A DNA stretch of 49,874 nt from a virus. Its lineage: Duplodnaviria > Caudoviricetes. Of the stretch, positions 17,424 through 26,734 are shown one piece after another; position 1 is the first letter of the stretch, and each line of letters opens with the position of its first letter. Below the pieces are notes generated by a model. The model worked only from the letters and a program-made list of their open reading frames with translations. It ran no database searches and was not told where the DNA came from. The position numbers and the translations under genes were made by a program. The stretch is from the IMG/VR virus record IMGVR_UViG_3300020294_000008, positions 1 through 49,874 of that record; one strand, written 5' to 3'.

Positions 17424-18315
17424 AATACCTAACATAGGTCTTAATGGATCAGAGATTCCTTTCATTGGAGTAAATGGTACAGGCATCCAACTTATCCAAA
17501 CATTAAGACCTCCTAACACTTTTGTTAGAGGTATTGGTAATAGATATATTGCAGATCAAAGAGTTTGGTTAAACACAGTACCACAAGCTATTCCACCAAC
17601 AGTTCCTGTTACTACATTAGTAGGAACTCCTATTGTTAATATGCCTGGTTGTGTAAAAGTACACAAAGAAAATCTTAAAGATAATAAAAATAAGATGCTG
17701 GTCGATGACGACCCTAAAGGAAATACAGTATTATGTGACGCTGGTGCTCCATTCTACGAACCAGCTCAGTATGATTATAGAGACCTAACTTGGCAAACTA
17801 TTACTCAGGAACAACCAGAAGCAGGTGGAGTAGATACAGGTGAACCACCTACCCCTGATCTAGACACTCCACAACCGCCTGTAACCCCTCCAACTGGTGA
17901 TGAAGCGGTAGAATGTCCTCCTCTTAATGCAAGACGCATAGGAGACCTTAATACTAAAGGAGACGAAAGAGTTAAAGAATATAAACTGACACCTGATGGT
18001 AAGATATGTGAAACCATATGGGAACCTGTTCCAACAATAGAGCAATTTCTACCATCTATACCTACTGTAACGACTACGGCATCGATTGCTGCTGTGGCAA
18101 CGACATCTGCCCTACTTGCAAAACCCCTAGCAGATTTGCTCCTGAAGGTGGTGAAACCTGCTGTGAAGAAGGCAATAGCGAAAGTTCAGAAGATGCTTGG
18201 GAAGACTCCTTACCGTCCAACTCTATCTGAGATTCAGACGAATCAGTATCGAGAGAAGAAGGGGATGCTTCCGATGAAGTTTGGTCCGAAGAAGGTAGAG
18301 AAGAAGAAGGAATAG
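17410..18315 (+). CDS. hypothetical membrane-anchored protein (Pro-rich, four Cys, C-terminal TM plus basic tail)
   Basis: 301 aa; MPGCV..LCDAG, ECPP..KICE; hydrophobic TTASIAAVATTSALLAKPLADLLL. Confidence 0.75.
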   Translation: MSVNEIPNIGLNGSEIPFIGVNGTGIQLIQTLRPPNTFVRGIGNRYIADQRVWLNTVPQAIPPTVPVTTLVGTPIVNMPGCVKVHKENLKDNKNKMLVDDDPKGNTVLCDAGAPFYEPAQYDYRDLTWQTITQEQPEAGGVDTGEPPTPDLDTPQPPVTPPTGDEAVECPPLNARRIGDLNTKGDERVKEYKLTPDGKICETIWEPVPTIEQFLPSIPTVTTTASIAAVATTSALLAKPLADLLLKVVKPAVKKAIAKVQKMLGKTPYRPTLSEIQTNQYREKKGMLPMKFGPKKVEKKKE

Positions 18316-19111
18316 TCCATTGTGGTTGTGGTATCTGATGCTCATGAGGAAGTATCTTACCACCTGGCGAAGTTACAACAACATCAGCACATATAGCATG
18401 ATACGGCGATGCAGGATGAAAAAATATTCCAGCTTTTTTTAACTCACCACAATTTTTCAATCTTGCGATTTCAAAATCAAGTCGTTTATTAGATGTCAAC
18501 TGTAATTGATGTGCTGTCTGTGCTTCTGCTGCCTCTTTACATCTACGCTGCATACCTCTGTTTAATGGTATTGAAAGCGTAGCAGAAAGTCCTAGGTTGA
18601 AACTCTGGTTCGCTCTCATATCTGTCCTAACTGGTTTATACCATGTAGGTGTCATAGTACTACCACCATTAAGCACATCAGGTACTCCATCAGCAGCATC
18701 TACATCTACTTCTATTTGTATATCATCTCCATCTTCAAACCATCTAGTTCCATCATCTTTAGTGCGATTATCATACCAGTCTTCCCAAGGATAGTTCTTA
18801 ACAGTAACAGTCTGTTTAACAGTCTTACCCTCTACATCTGTTAGGTTATATTGTGGTTCGTTATAGAAATCTTCCCAAGGATCTTTCCTTGAATCTGCAA
18901 ATTGAATATATGGTGTCATATTCATAGTCGTGCCTTGGCATGACACTCCACCACCGTAGGTGTTAGTTACATATGGACCTTGTAAAACTTGTATTGCCTG
19001 GTTGGTGACTGAGCCAGAACTATTGGCGATTGGATTAGCAGTTGCACTAACTCCACCTACACCTTCTGCTCTTAATGGTAAAGATTGAACGCTGAGAAGC
19101 GTTGCTATCAC
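18074..19111 (-). CDS. hypothetical exported protein
   Basis: Probable GTG start at 19111 overlapping the upstream stop (GTGA); signal-like VIATLLSVQSLPLRA; GVSCQG, NLGLSATLSIPL, LDFEIARLKNCGEL blocks. Confidence 0.7.
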   Translation of the reverse strand: MIATLLSVQSLPLRAEGVGGVSATANPIANSSGSVTNQAIQVLQGPYVTNTYGGGVSCQGTTMNMTPYIQFADSRKDPWEDFYNEPQYNLTDVEGKTVKQTVTVKNYPWEDWYDNRTKDDGTRWFEDGDDIQIEVDVDAADGVPDVLNGGSTMTPTWYKPVRTDMRANQSFNLGLSATLSIPLNRGMQRRCKEAAEAQTAHQLQLTSNKRLDFEIARLKNCGELKKAGIFFHPASPYHAICADVVVTSPGGKILPHEHQIPQPQWTIPSSSLPSSDQTSSEASPSSLDTDSSESQIELDGKESSQASSELSLLPSSQQVSPPSGANLLGVLQVGQMSLPQQQSMP

Positions 19112-19578
19112 TGGGTAAATGTACTTGTCGTATCTGTGACGCTTTGGATGGTGGTGACCCTCTGTATGAGAGTTTGGTTGGTCATACCTGGTCCTTGATA
19201 ACTCTGGGTAAATTGAAAGGCTGCTCCAGCTTCGTTTAGTGTAAAATTGTTTTGTGCTGACATGTCTAAGGCATCGAAGGAAGAAGTTACACTTCCCGAT
19301 AATGCCCCTTCTCCCGTTCCTACGCTTGGAGAAAGTGTCACTGTTGATGTCGATACTGGTGGGTTTAAAGCCTCTCCGTTGTTCTTTATACCTACCCCAG
19401 TTACTGAGTATTCCCATCCTGTCCTATAATCAATGGAATTAATTGTTTCCGTTACTGTAGATTCAGTTTCGGTATGGCTCGTCATTGAGCCCTGCTGAAA
19501 GTTGGGGACCACTGGCACTGCTTTTGCAGTACCAGCACTACCTAATAACAATACTACTATAGTTATAAGTCTTTTCAT
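19108..19578 (-). CDS. exported protein with signal peptide, Ser/Thr-rich beta-type
   Basis: MKRLITIVVLLLGSAGTAKA signal; AGAAFQFTQSY motif. Confidence 0.8.
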   Translation of the reverse strand: MKRLITIVVLLLGSAGTAKAVPVVPNFQQGSMTSHTETESTVTETINSIDYRTGWEYSVTGVGIKNNGEALNPPVSTSTVTLSPSVGTGEGALSGSVTSSFDALDMSAQNNFTLNEAGAAFQFTQSYQGPGMTNQTLIQRVTTIQSVTDTTSTFTQ

Positions 19579-19581
19579 GAC

Positions 19582-20076
19582 CTACCTTATAGTAACCTCT
19601 GTTACGAATTGAGTCGTAGCTGAAGTATTAGCTCCACCTGCTGCTACAGCACTAAATGTGTGAGCACTAGATGTTTGACCAGCTAAATTACCAACTGTTC
19701 CTCCTGCTGTACTGGTGATTTCACCAAAATTAGCAACTGCACCAACAGTAGGTGCTCCAGTAGGAATAGCATCGGCTTGAGTGTATGACTGGCTAAAGCT
19801 GAATGCCGACCCTGCAGTGTCCTGTGTTGCTGCAATAGCTCCTGGTGCATAGACACCTGAAGTTATAGTACCAGCAGACACTGTACCAGCAGTCGTTCCG
19901 TCAGTTGTATCAATATTTGATCCAGAAATTGCAAAAGAAGATCCTATCCTCGATGCATCAGTATAAGCACCGCCAACGCTCAGTTGAACGCTAGAAGCGA
20001 AGCGTGATGTAATATCAGCTCTAGCAGCAAGCGGAGCTGTCATCAATAGCATTATGATAGGAAGTATCCTCTTCAT
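19582..20076 (-). CDS. exported protein with signal peptide, probable paralogue of downstream gene
   Basis: MKRILPIIMLLMTAPLAARA signal; AGSAFSFSQSY motif. Confidence 0.8.
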   Translation of the reverse strand: MKRILPIIMLLMTAPLAARADITSRFASSVQLSVGGAYTDASRIGSSFAISGSNIDTTDGTTAGTVSAGTITSGVYAPGAIAATQDTAGSAFSFSQSYTQADAIPTGAPTVGAVANFGEITSTAGGTVGNLAGQTSSAHTFSAVAAGGANTSATTQFVTEVTIR

Positions 20077-20132
20077 AAAAATATAGAGTATTAACTACTA
20101 ATATATATGCGTAAAGAATTGTAAAATTGAGG

Positions 20133-20405
20133 TTAAGAAATAAACTCCTGTGCCTCACTATGTTCTAATATTTTTTGAGCTTTTAATTGTGTATCACCAG
20201 GTAATGTTTCAGAATCAACATCAACTGTCTCTGGATCAATTGGTTTAGGTGCATCTATTCTTTTGTATGTCAACTCCTTTCTATCAGCTTCAAGAGAACA
20301 TGTTTGGTTAAGAATAATAAGTTCTTGTGCATGTTTCTCCCATCCACAATCACAATACTGCTCACCGTTCTCATCATATACTCTATAAAATGGATACTGT
20401 GTCAT
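20133..20405 (-). CDS. hypothetical protein
   Basis: 90 aa ORF, ATGA-coupled. Confidence 0.65.
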   Translation of the reverse strand: MTQYPFYRVYDENGEQYCDCGWEKHAQELIILNQTCSLEADRKELTYKRIDAPKPIDPETVDVDSETLPGDTQLKAQKILEHSEAQEFIS

Positions 20406-20668
20406 GATACTTTACCTCCCCATTCGGAATTAGGATCTAGTTTATCCATATATTTAAATCCAGATCCTTCAGGGTATATATATTTACCATTTTCATCAAA
20501 GTTTGGACCTACCTTCTTTGCAGGATATGTAGGATAAGGTCTCAACCCTGCTCTCATCTCATTACCTTTTCTTCTTCTTAACTGATTACCAGTCTCATGA
20601 TCTTCAGGCATAGTAGGCCAAGAGGATCCTAAGAGTCTTTTAATATCTTCTTTAGTATAACCTTTCAT
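20402..20668 (-). CDS. hypothetical protein
   Basis: 88 aa ORF, coupled to both neighbours. Confidence 0.65.
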   Translation of the reverse strand: MKGYTKEDIKRLLGSSWPTMPEDHETGNQLRRRKGNEMRAGLRPYPTYPAKKVGPNFDENGKYIYPEGSGFKYMDKLDPNSEWGGKVS

Positions 20669-20961
20669 TAGTAATGATCCTCCAATCCTTCAACTGGTGT
20701 AGGTTTCCAGTCCTTACCATAATATCTCTCTAGTATATTATGATGTGGTGCATCTGTACCAACCTCAACCTTCTTAGGTGGTGGAGGTGGAAACATCTCC
20801 AGTTGTATTTCAGGTATAGAAAAAGTGTCACCACCTTTTCGATGATGACACCAATAGAATGTACCGTTCTCTTTCTTGTATAGATGGTCTGCCTCGTGAG
20901 GACTAAGCAAAACCATCTTAACTATTTTGTCGCCTTTTTCAATCAACTTCCCCCTCTGCAA
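20668..20961 (-). CDS. hypothetical protein (start uncertain)
   Basis: 97 aa ORF in a tightly packed operon. Confidence 0.6.
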   Translation of the reverse strand: MQRGKLIEKGDKIVKMVLLSPHEADHLYKKENGTFYWCHHRKGGDTFSIPEIQLEMFPPPPPKKVEVGTDAPHHNILERYYGKDWKPTPVEGLEDHY

Positions 20962-21511
20962 GTTTAGTTGTCTTTAGCAACTGCTTCTTTGCTGTTCTTA
21001 CTGCTTTTCCTGTCTTAAAATGAATCTCATTTACTAATCTTCTACCATTAATATCATCACCAACTATAGTAAAGAATCTTCCAGTAGTTTTACCACCTGC
21101 AGATCCTCCTACACCCATGCCTGTCTGCATGATTGCTGGTGCAGTAATTAAACAAAATGGTCCCATAAACATACAACTACCTAATCCAGCAGCAAATCCT
21201 ACACCAGCACCTGCTGCACCACCAATAATTCCTCCTGCTACATTAAAGTCTTTCTCTTCTGTAGTCCATTGCACTACCCTAATAATCTTACCTGAAGGAT
21301 GTGTTACACCTGTCTCATCTATTACTACCTCACATTTCTCCCATTTCTCTTCAACATATTCTCCATCATCCACTAATACAAGACAAGATGGTCCTTTTGA
21401 TCCTTTATATGTTGTTTTAGGACTAGGTGATCCTGGTCTAATAGAAGATGCTAATACCGTAGAGGGCATTAGCATCGATATTGCTATTAAACTTGTTAAC
21501 AGTTTTCTCAT
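20939..21511 (-). CDS. exported/membrane protein with glycine-zipper segment
   Basis: Signal peptide MRKLLTSLIAISMLMPSTVLA; GGIIGGAAGAGVGFAAGLG. Confidence 0.7.
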   Translation of the reverse strand: MRKLLTSLIAISMLMPSTVLASSIRPGSPSPKTTYKGSKGPSCLVLVDDGEYVEEKWEKCEVVIDETGVTHPSGKIIRVVQWTTEEKDFNVAGGIIGGAAGAGVGFAAGLGSCMFMGPFCLITAPAIMQTGMGVGGSAGGKTTGRFFTIVGDDINGRRLVNEIHFKTGKAVRTAKKQLLKTTKLAEGEVD

Positions 21512-21630
21512 AGAGTTACTCTTTTGTGTAATTTATCTAGTGCTGCTCTTACTTCAGCAGTTTCTTCCCATTCCCACACATTAGTGTGCTTAGGGTTCTT
21601 CTTTTCTTGTGTGAATGTTTTTTTGGTCAT
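21508..21630 (-). CDS. small hypothetical protein, 40 aa (MTKKTFTQEKKNPKHTNVWEWEETAEVRAALDKLHKRVTL)
   Basis: Fills the gap; ATGA overlap with next gene. Confidence 0.55.
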   Translation of the reverse strand: MTKKTFTQEKKNPKHTNVWEWEETAEVRAALDKLHKRVTL

Positions 21631-21715
21631 TGTCTTTCCATGTGTCGATTAGTAGGATAAGTTCATCAATTCTCTTTCTTGCTATTTCTATTCTCTCCTG
21701 TGTAGAATCCTTCAT
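21590..21715 (-). CDS. small hypothetical protein, 41 aa (MKDSTQERIEIARKRIDELILLIDTWK...)
   Basis: AAGGAG upstream, ATGA overlap with previous gene, amphipathic helix. Confidence 0.55.
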   Translation of the reverse strand: MKDSTQERIEIARKRIDELILLIDTWKDNDQKNIHTRKEEP

Positions 21716-21867
21716 AAGTCGTACTCCTTGTGTAACTTAATGAATTCATCATCAGTGACTTCGACCTTAATGTCACTCTCTACTGGATCCCAATTCTTGC
21801 AGTCTACCTGCTCTTCATCGATCCAACATGTTACCTCGTCAGACTCTTGCGACTTTGATTTCTTCAT
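21712..21867 (-). CDS. small acidic hypothetical protein, 51 aa (MKKSKSQESDEVTCWIDEEQVDCKNW...)
   Basis: Fills the gap with overlapping start and stop; GAGG upstream. Confidence 0.5.
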   Translation of the reverse strand: MKKSKSQESDEVTCWIDEEQVDCKNWDPVESDIKVEVTDDEFIKLHKEYDL

Positions 21868-22084
21868 AAAAAATGTCCTCTGGATCAAGTACTGTTTTAC
21901 AGAACTCTACTACATTTATAAACTCTTGAGGTTCATCACATTCCACAAGTTTTTCATCACCATCAGATGAGACACAAAGGACTGTCCTTTTGCCTACATT
22001 GATGACCACCCTCATAATCCATTCGTCTTCTTTGCTCATAGAGTGATGCAACCATATGTTGTTATTGTAGCATGAGAGGATCAT
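21839..22084 (-). CDS. hypothetical protein (probable start MSKEDEW at 22039)
   Basis: ORF downstream of baseplate-associated genes. Confidence 0.65.
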   Translation of the reverse strand: MILSCYNNNIWLHHSMSKEDEWIMRVVINVGKRTVLCVSSDGDEKLVECDEPQEFINVVEFCKTVLDPEDIFYEEIKVARV

Positions 22085-22851
22085 GGAGTCAAGTCTCGAT
22101 TGGGACTTTGCTTCTTATCCCCCTCGTACTCAACTGTAATAGATTTGATGTCCTTCCTTTCACCCACGACCATCCATGATATAGTATCAGTGCAACTAGA
22201 AGTTTTTGCCTGTATTGTTAATGATCCACCCGTTACTGAACCTTTTATAGCAGTCCATCCCGTCTCATTTGTAGTAAAACATTGAACATTATCAACTAAT
22301 GCCTCAAATGTACCAGCACTCATCTCATTAGTAGTATTGATATCAACTGTAGCAATACCAGCAACTAGTGCGGTTTTGCCACGATAGATAAGATCTGCCT
22401 TTGGACTCTCTATGCAACTATGAGCAAGACGATTAGTTCCACCCTTGACTGGGTGTACAATATCAAATAACTTACTCGTAGCAACAATAGATCCAGACCA
22501 TGATGCATATCCACCAATGGTCATATCACCACCAGTAGTAACATCACCCTCAAGATGACTAGTACCATCAACATGTAGATTAGACATTAAATCTGTATCA
22601 TTACAGACATATAATTCTTTCTCTACCTGTAGTTCTTGTAATGTAGTAATACCTGGACGGACTAATACATTACCAGTAAAGATCCTAACATCACCATAAG
22701 TTATTTCTGTATGACATTGCTGTATGTCATTAAATCCAGCAAAGATACATGGATCCTCGAAATAATCAACATGATCACCGTGAACATATGGCTTATTTGC
22801 CACATCTACTTTATCATTACAATTAAATGAATTTGGATTAGATTCTGCCAT
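22081..22851 (-). CDS. gp5-associated structural protein with beta-helix-like repeats
   Basis: LHVDG..LEGDVTTGGDMTIGG repeats, then KLFDIVHP..RLAHSCIESP..YRG domain common at C-termini of phage spike/fibre proteins. Confidence 0.6.
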   Translation of the reverse strand: MAESNPNSFNCNDKVDVANKPYVHGDHVDYFEDPCIFAGFNDIQQCHTEITYGDVRIFTGNVLVRPGITTLQELQVEKELYVCNDTDLMSNLHVDGTSHLEGDVTTGGDMTIGGYASWSGSIVATSKLFDIVHPVKGGTNRLAHSCIESPKADLIYRGKTALVAGIATVDINTTNEMSAGTFEALVDNVQCFTTNETGWTAIKGSVTGGSLTIQAKTSSCTDTISWMVVGERKDIKSITVEYEGDKKQSPNRDLTP

Positions 22852-24323
22852 TATAATAAACCTTTAAAGTCCTTAGCCATTGATTTTAATTTATTAGGAA
22901 TACCACCATCTTTAAACTTAGTAGCAATACCTTTCAGTTCTTCAATAGTTCCACCACCAAGAAGAGTCTTGGTTTGCTCATCTACGATCACATCAATACC
23001 TGCCTTAGCAGCATCTAATTTTGCCTTAAGTAGATCACCTTCAGCTTGAATTGCTGCAAGATCAGTAGAATCCAGAATACCAATAATATCTTTCTTCATA
23101 GAAGTTAGATTACCAAGTTGCTTCATCTTAAAGTCTTTTGGTACAATAGAATCCATCATAGAAACAGCATCATTACTAAAGTTACCAATAGTCTTAGAAG
23201 CACCCTGACCAACAGATCCTGATCCAATTTTATTCATAACACCAGTTAAAGCATTACCACCTGGAATAACACCAAGAGCAGATTGTGCTGAAGATGTTAA
23301 TGAATCAATACTATCTGTTGTTAAAATATTACCAATATCTTTTACTGCATTAATTGCAGATCCACCTCCCATAAGATTAAGACCACCTTTAGCAACTGAA
23401 CCTAATGGACTCTTAATCAATCCAGTAGCATCATCCACTAATTTAGATCCACCAGGAATAGGCAATTGACCAGCAACTGTACCCAATGGATCACTAATAA
23501 TACCAGTAGCATCATTTACCATTTTATTAAGTCCTGCAAATCCACCTCCACCAGCAAGAGCACCTTTTGCTTGATCAAGAAGACCACCAGGCCCTGATGC
23601 TTTTGACACTAAATTCTTAACATCTGCTAAAGGACTTTCAAGACCTAACTTAGCATCATCAATGGCTTTTTCTATCGGTTCAATACCACCAATATCAGGG
23701 TTATCAATACCAAGATCTTGGAGACTTAACCCCATTCCCCCTGCTGCTGCACCAGCAACCCCTGCATCTCCTGCAGGACCAGCACCTAATGCAGTTTCTT
23801 GTGATTTAGGATCAAAAACTTTTGCTATAACATCATCAGGAACAAATGTATTGGCAAGTACTTTATGTCCCCAAGTATTAGAAACAAGATTACCCCTCTT
23901 TGCTTTCACTGCAGCAGTATTTGCTTTAATTAGTGTACGACCAACACTAGACTGTAAGTTAAGATTTCTACCTGCTTTAATATCAATATCTCTATCAGCA
24001 GTCATCATTATATCTTTAGCATTAACACGAACCCTACCTCTATCGGCATTGATAGTAATATCACCTGTAGTAGCACTTATTCTAATATCAACACTATTCG
24101 GATCATTCTTATCTCCTGCATGAATTTCAATAGACTTATCACATGCCATACGACCTAATCCAGATCCATGACCATGAGCTATTAGAAATACTTCACCATT
24201 ATCATTAGACCCATAGATCTTAAAAGTCTCTGGACCATCCCTACCCACTCTTGGATCACCAGATACAATCCGAAAGTGACCTCCTCGTGAATCAACAACT
24301 TTTCTTCCGTAATTCTCAGCCAT
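22851..24323 (-). CDS. gp5 C-terminal-like beta-helix spike protein with long Gly/Ala-rich extension
   Basis: DIRISATTGDITINADRGRVRVNAKDIMMTADRDIDIKAGRNLNLQS repeats; directly downstream of gp5. Confidence 0.55.
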   Translation of the reverse strand: MAENYGRKVVDSRGGHFRIVSGDPRVGRDGPETFKIYGSNDNGEVFLIAHGHGSGLGRMACDKSIEIHAGDKNDPNSVDIRISATTGDITINADRGRVRVNAKDIMMTADRDIDIKAGRNLNLQSSVGRTLIKANTAAVKAKRGNLVSNTWGHKVLANTFVPDDVIAKVFDPKSQETALGAGPAGDAGVAGAAAGGMGLSLQDLGIDNPDIGGIEPIEKAIDDAKLGLESPLADVKNLVSKASGPGGLLDQAKGALAGGGGFAGLNKMVNDATGIISDPLGTVAGQLPIPGGSKLVDDATGLIKSPLGSVAKGGLNLMGGGSAINAVKDIGNILTTDSIDSLTSSAQSALGVIPGGNALTGVMNKIGSGSVGQGASKTIGNFSNDAVSMMDSIVPKDFKMKQLGNLTSMKKDIIGILDSTDLAAIQAEGDLLKAKLDAAKAGIDVIVDEQTKTLLGGGTIEELKGIATKFKDGGIPNKLKSMAKDFKGLL

Positions 24324-26734
24324 CAGGATTTACCTACACAGTCAATTACAGTTAGTACTCCTTCCTGTCTAGCAGGTGGAATATCTCCAAATATCGGCCT
24401 GAGAACTGCACCTCTTCCGTTTTCAGAAAGTATCTTAAGTACTGGTGGCACTTCATATTTAAGAATATTTAGTACCTTAACAGCAACAATACCACCTGTA
24501 TCTGGATCAACAACAAGTTCATAAGTTGGTTGATTTTTAATATTAGTTAAAGTAACTCTCTGAGTTTCTGGAACAAGTTCTCTAAATGGATCAGGAACAT
24601 CAGGAGGTTGTACAACAGTTCCTGTTGGATCTGTTGGATCTGGTATTACAGGTTCTGAAACAAATGGAGTTGTTGTTGCAGTTCCAGTAATAGGATCTGG
24701 GAATCCAGGTTTAAATGTAAGAATAGTTTCATCTATCTTATCTCCTGGTTCATAACCTTCACCTGGATCCTCAACATACACAGTTGTTATTCCAACATTT
24801 TCTGGAGGATCTTCAACAACTGGATATCCTTCACCCACAGTATCAATAACAACACCAACCACTTTACCATCTTCAATTATAGCATGTCCATGAGCACCTG
24901 CTCCTTTACCACACTTATCAGCAAAACTAATAGCAGGTGGAGATTTATAATTTCTACCAGGAACTTTTATATTAACACCAATTATACTAGCAGTTTTACT
25001 AATACCATCAGCAATACCACCTAAACCACTATTCTCTATAGTCTTACCAAGAACAACCTGACCTATAGCACCTATTCCACCACCACCAAAAATTTGAAGT
25101 TTAGGATTACCACAATTCTGCTTACCACCAACACAAGATCCACCAGCACTTAATTCATCAATAAGACTGGAAATCTCACCAACAGATCCAAGAGTCTTAG
25201 TAACACCAGAAGGTATAAGATTGCCAAATTTACTCTTAAGACCACCTGTTAAAGCACCCCTTATACCTCCACCACCTATTAGACTACTTGCAGCACCACC
25301 TAACAATCCACCACCTAGAGCATTACTTACAACATTACCTGCAATATTACTTAATCCACCACTAGCAAGACCTTGAGCAGCATCAACAATACCACCAACT
25401 GCATCAGTCAATCCACCTATTCCACCAGAAGCTTTATTCATCTGATAGGAAACATAACTAAATGGATCTGCACCTTTCTCTAATGGACCACCAGCAATTT
25501 GATACTTTCTAATAGGTGGACATTTATCTTTATTAGTTTGTCCACAATCCAAAAATCCAGAAAAATCCTCTAGAACAAGTGATGAACTTCTCAAAAAATC
25601 ACCAATATCAATACCAATATCAAATATATTACCCAATCCACTGAGAGGACTCTTTAATCCATCAGCAATACCATTTGTAATCTTATTTAAAAAACTAGCA
25701 GCAAAATTAGTAGCAACACAACCAGAAATACCAAGACCTGACTTAAGCAGATCTTTTAACATATCAGATACAGTACCTCTCAATCCTTCTACTACTTTAT
25801 TACCAACACATGCTAGAGCATTTTCTACATTTTTAATTTTAGGTATCTCTCCTATCTGTGCTGCTCTACCAGCAGAATGAGCAAGAGAATATGACTGAGG
25901 AGTAGTCCCCATCTGAGCAAATACTTTTCCAAAAGTATCTTCATATAATTTTTCTAATCCTTCTTGCAACTTTGGTTCAATATGATCGTAAGTAGCATCC
26001 ATCATACGACCAACAAATCCATTTGCCTGTGTCTCTACTAGATCAGCAACGGCATCAATTTCGGCCTCAAGTTTTTGTCCTGTCAAACTAAATTCTTCAA
26101 CCCTACGACCCATGTTCTCAAGTGCCAGTGCCATTCTAGACACAGAACTAGTACTACAAGTATCTGGTGTAATTACATTTTCACCTGAACCATCTTGATC
26201 TATATGTTGTCCTGTTGTAGCACTAGAGTTAGTTGGTTGACTCTTTTTATTTTGTTCACCAGACTGATTTGGTACTCCAGTTTCAGGATCCTTTTCAGTC
26301 TTTGGGTTTACTGGAGTTGTATCAGTAAATGCTGTATATGGTTCAAATGGAGCAGTAAACTCACCATCATCCTTTACATCATCTGGTCTACCAAAAACAC
26401 CAAGGATGGCAGGGACTTGTGCATCATCACCATCTAAAAAGAATCCAAATACTACATCACCCTGCTGAAGAATAGTTGAAGTATGGTAGTTAGCACCACC
26501 AGATCCAGCAGTAGTAGGTAATAAACAAATTGCCCAAGGCAATTCTTCATTCTCAATTCCACCTTCTTCCACCATAGGATGATATCCCATGATGCGAACC
26601 TTATATCTATTACTCCACCCATCTCCTTCATCCAACTGATCAGGCTGAGATTTCCTAGGGGCAATTTGACCGATCCACCATCTGAATCCGTCTCTACCTA
26701 CAAATTGACTCTTGCCTAATAGTGATTCTTCCAT
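24323..26734 (-). CDS. gp5: baseplate hub/central spike protein gp5 (N-terminal OB-fold)
   Basis: FVGRDGFRWWIGQI..RYKVRIMGYH..LPWA..VFGFFLDGDDAQVPAILG. Confidence 0.85.
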   Translation of the reverse strand: MEESLLGKSQFVGRDGFRWWIGQIAPRKSQPDQLDEGDGWSNRYKVRIMGYHPMVEEGGIENEELPWAICLLPTTAGSGGANYHTSTILQQGDVVFGFFLDGDDAQVPAILGVFGRPDDVKDDGEFTAPFEPYTAFTDTTPVNPKTEKDPETGVPNQSGEQNKKSQPTNSSATTGQHIDQDGSGENVITPDTCSTSSVSRMALALENMGRRVEEFSLTGQKLEAEIDAVADLVETQANGFVGRMMDATYDHIEPKLQEGLEKLYEDTFGKVFAQMGTTPQSYSLAHSAGRAAQIGEIPKIKNVENALACVGNKVVEGLRGTVSDMLKDLLKSGLGISGCVATNFAASFLNKITNGIADGLKSPLSGLGNIFDIGIDIGDFLRSSSLVLEDFSGFLDCGQTNKDKCPPIRKYQIAGGPLEKGADPFSYVSYQMNKASGGIGGLTDAVGGIVDAAQGLASGGLSNIAGNVVSNALGGGLLGGAASSLIGGGGIRGALTGGLKSKFGNLIPSGVTKTLGSVGEISSLIDELSAGGSCVGGKQNCGNPKLQIFGGGGIGAIGQVVLGKTIENSGLGGIADGISKTASIIGVNIKVPGRNYKSPPAISFADKCGKGAGAHGHAIIEDGKVVGVVIDTVGEGYPVVEDPPENVGITTVYVEDPGEGYEPGDKIDETILTFKPGFPDPITGTATTTPFVSEPVIPDPTDPTGTVVQPPDVPDPFRELVPETQRVTLTNIKNQPTYELVVDPDTGGIVAVKVLNILKYEVPPVLKILSENGRGAVLRPIFGDIPPARQEGVLTVIDCVGKS

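Noticed and set aside
19112-19417. N-terminal 102 aa of the 447-aa track ORF
   Set aside because: Overlaps the 156-aa gene in another frame; a GTG start coupled to that gene's stop gives a signal-peptide-like start
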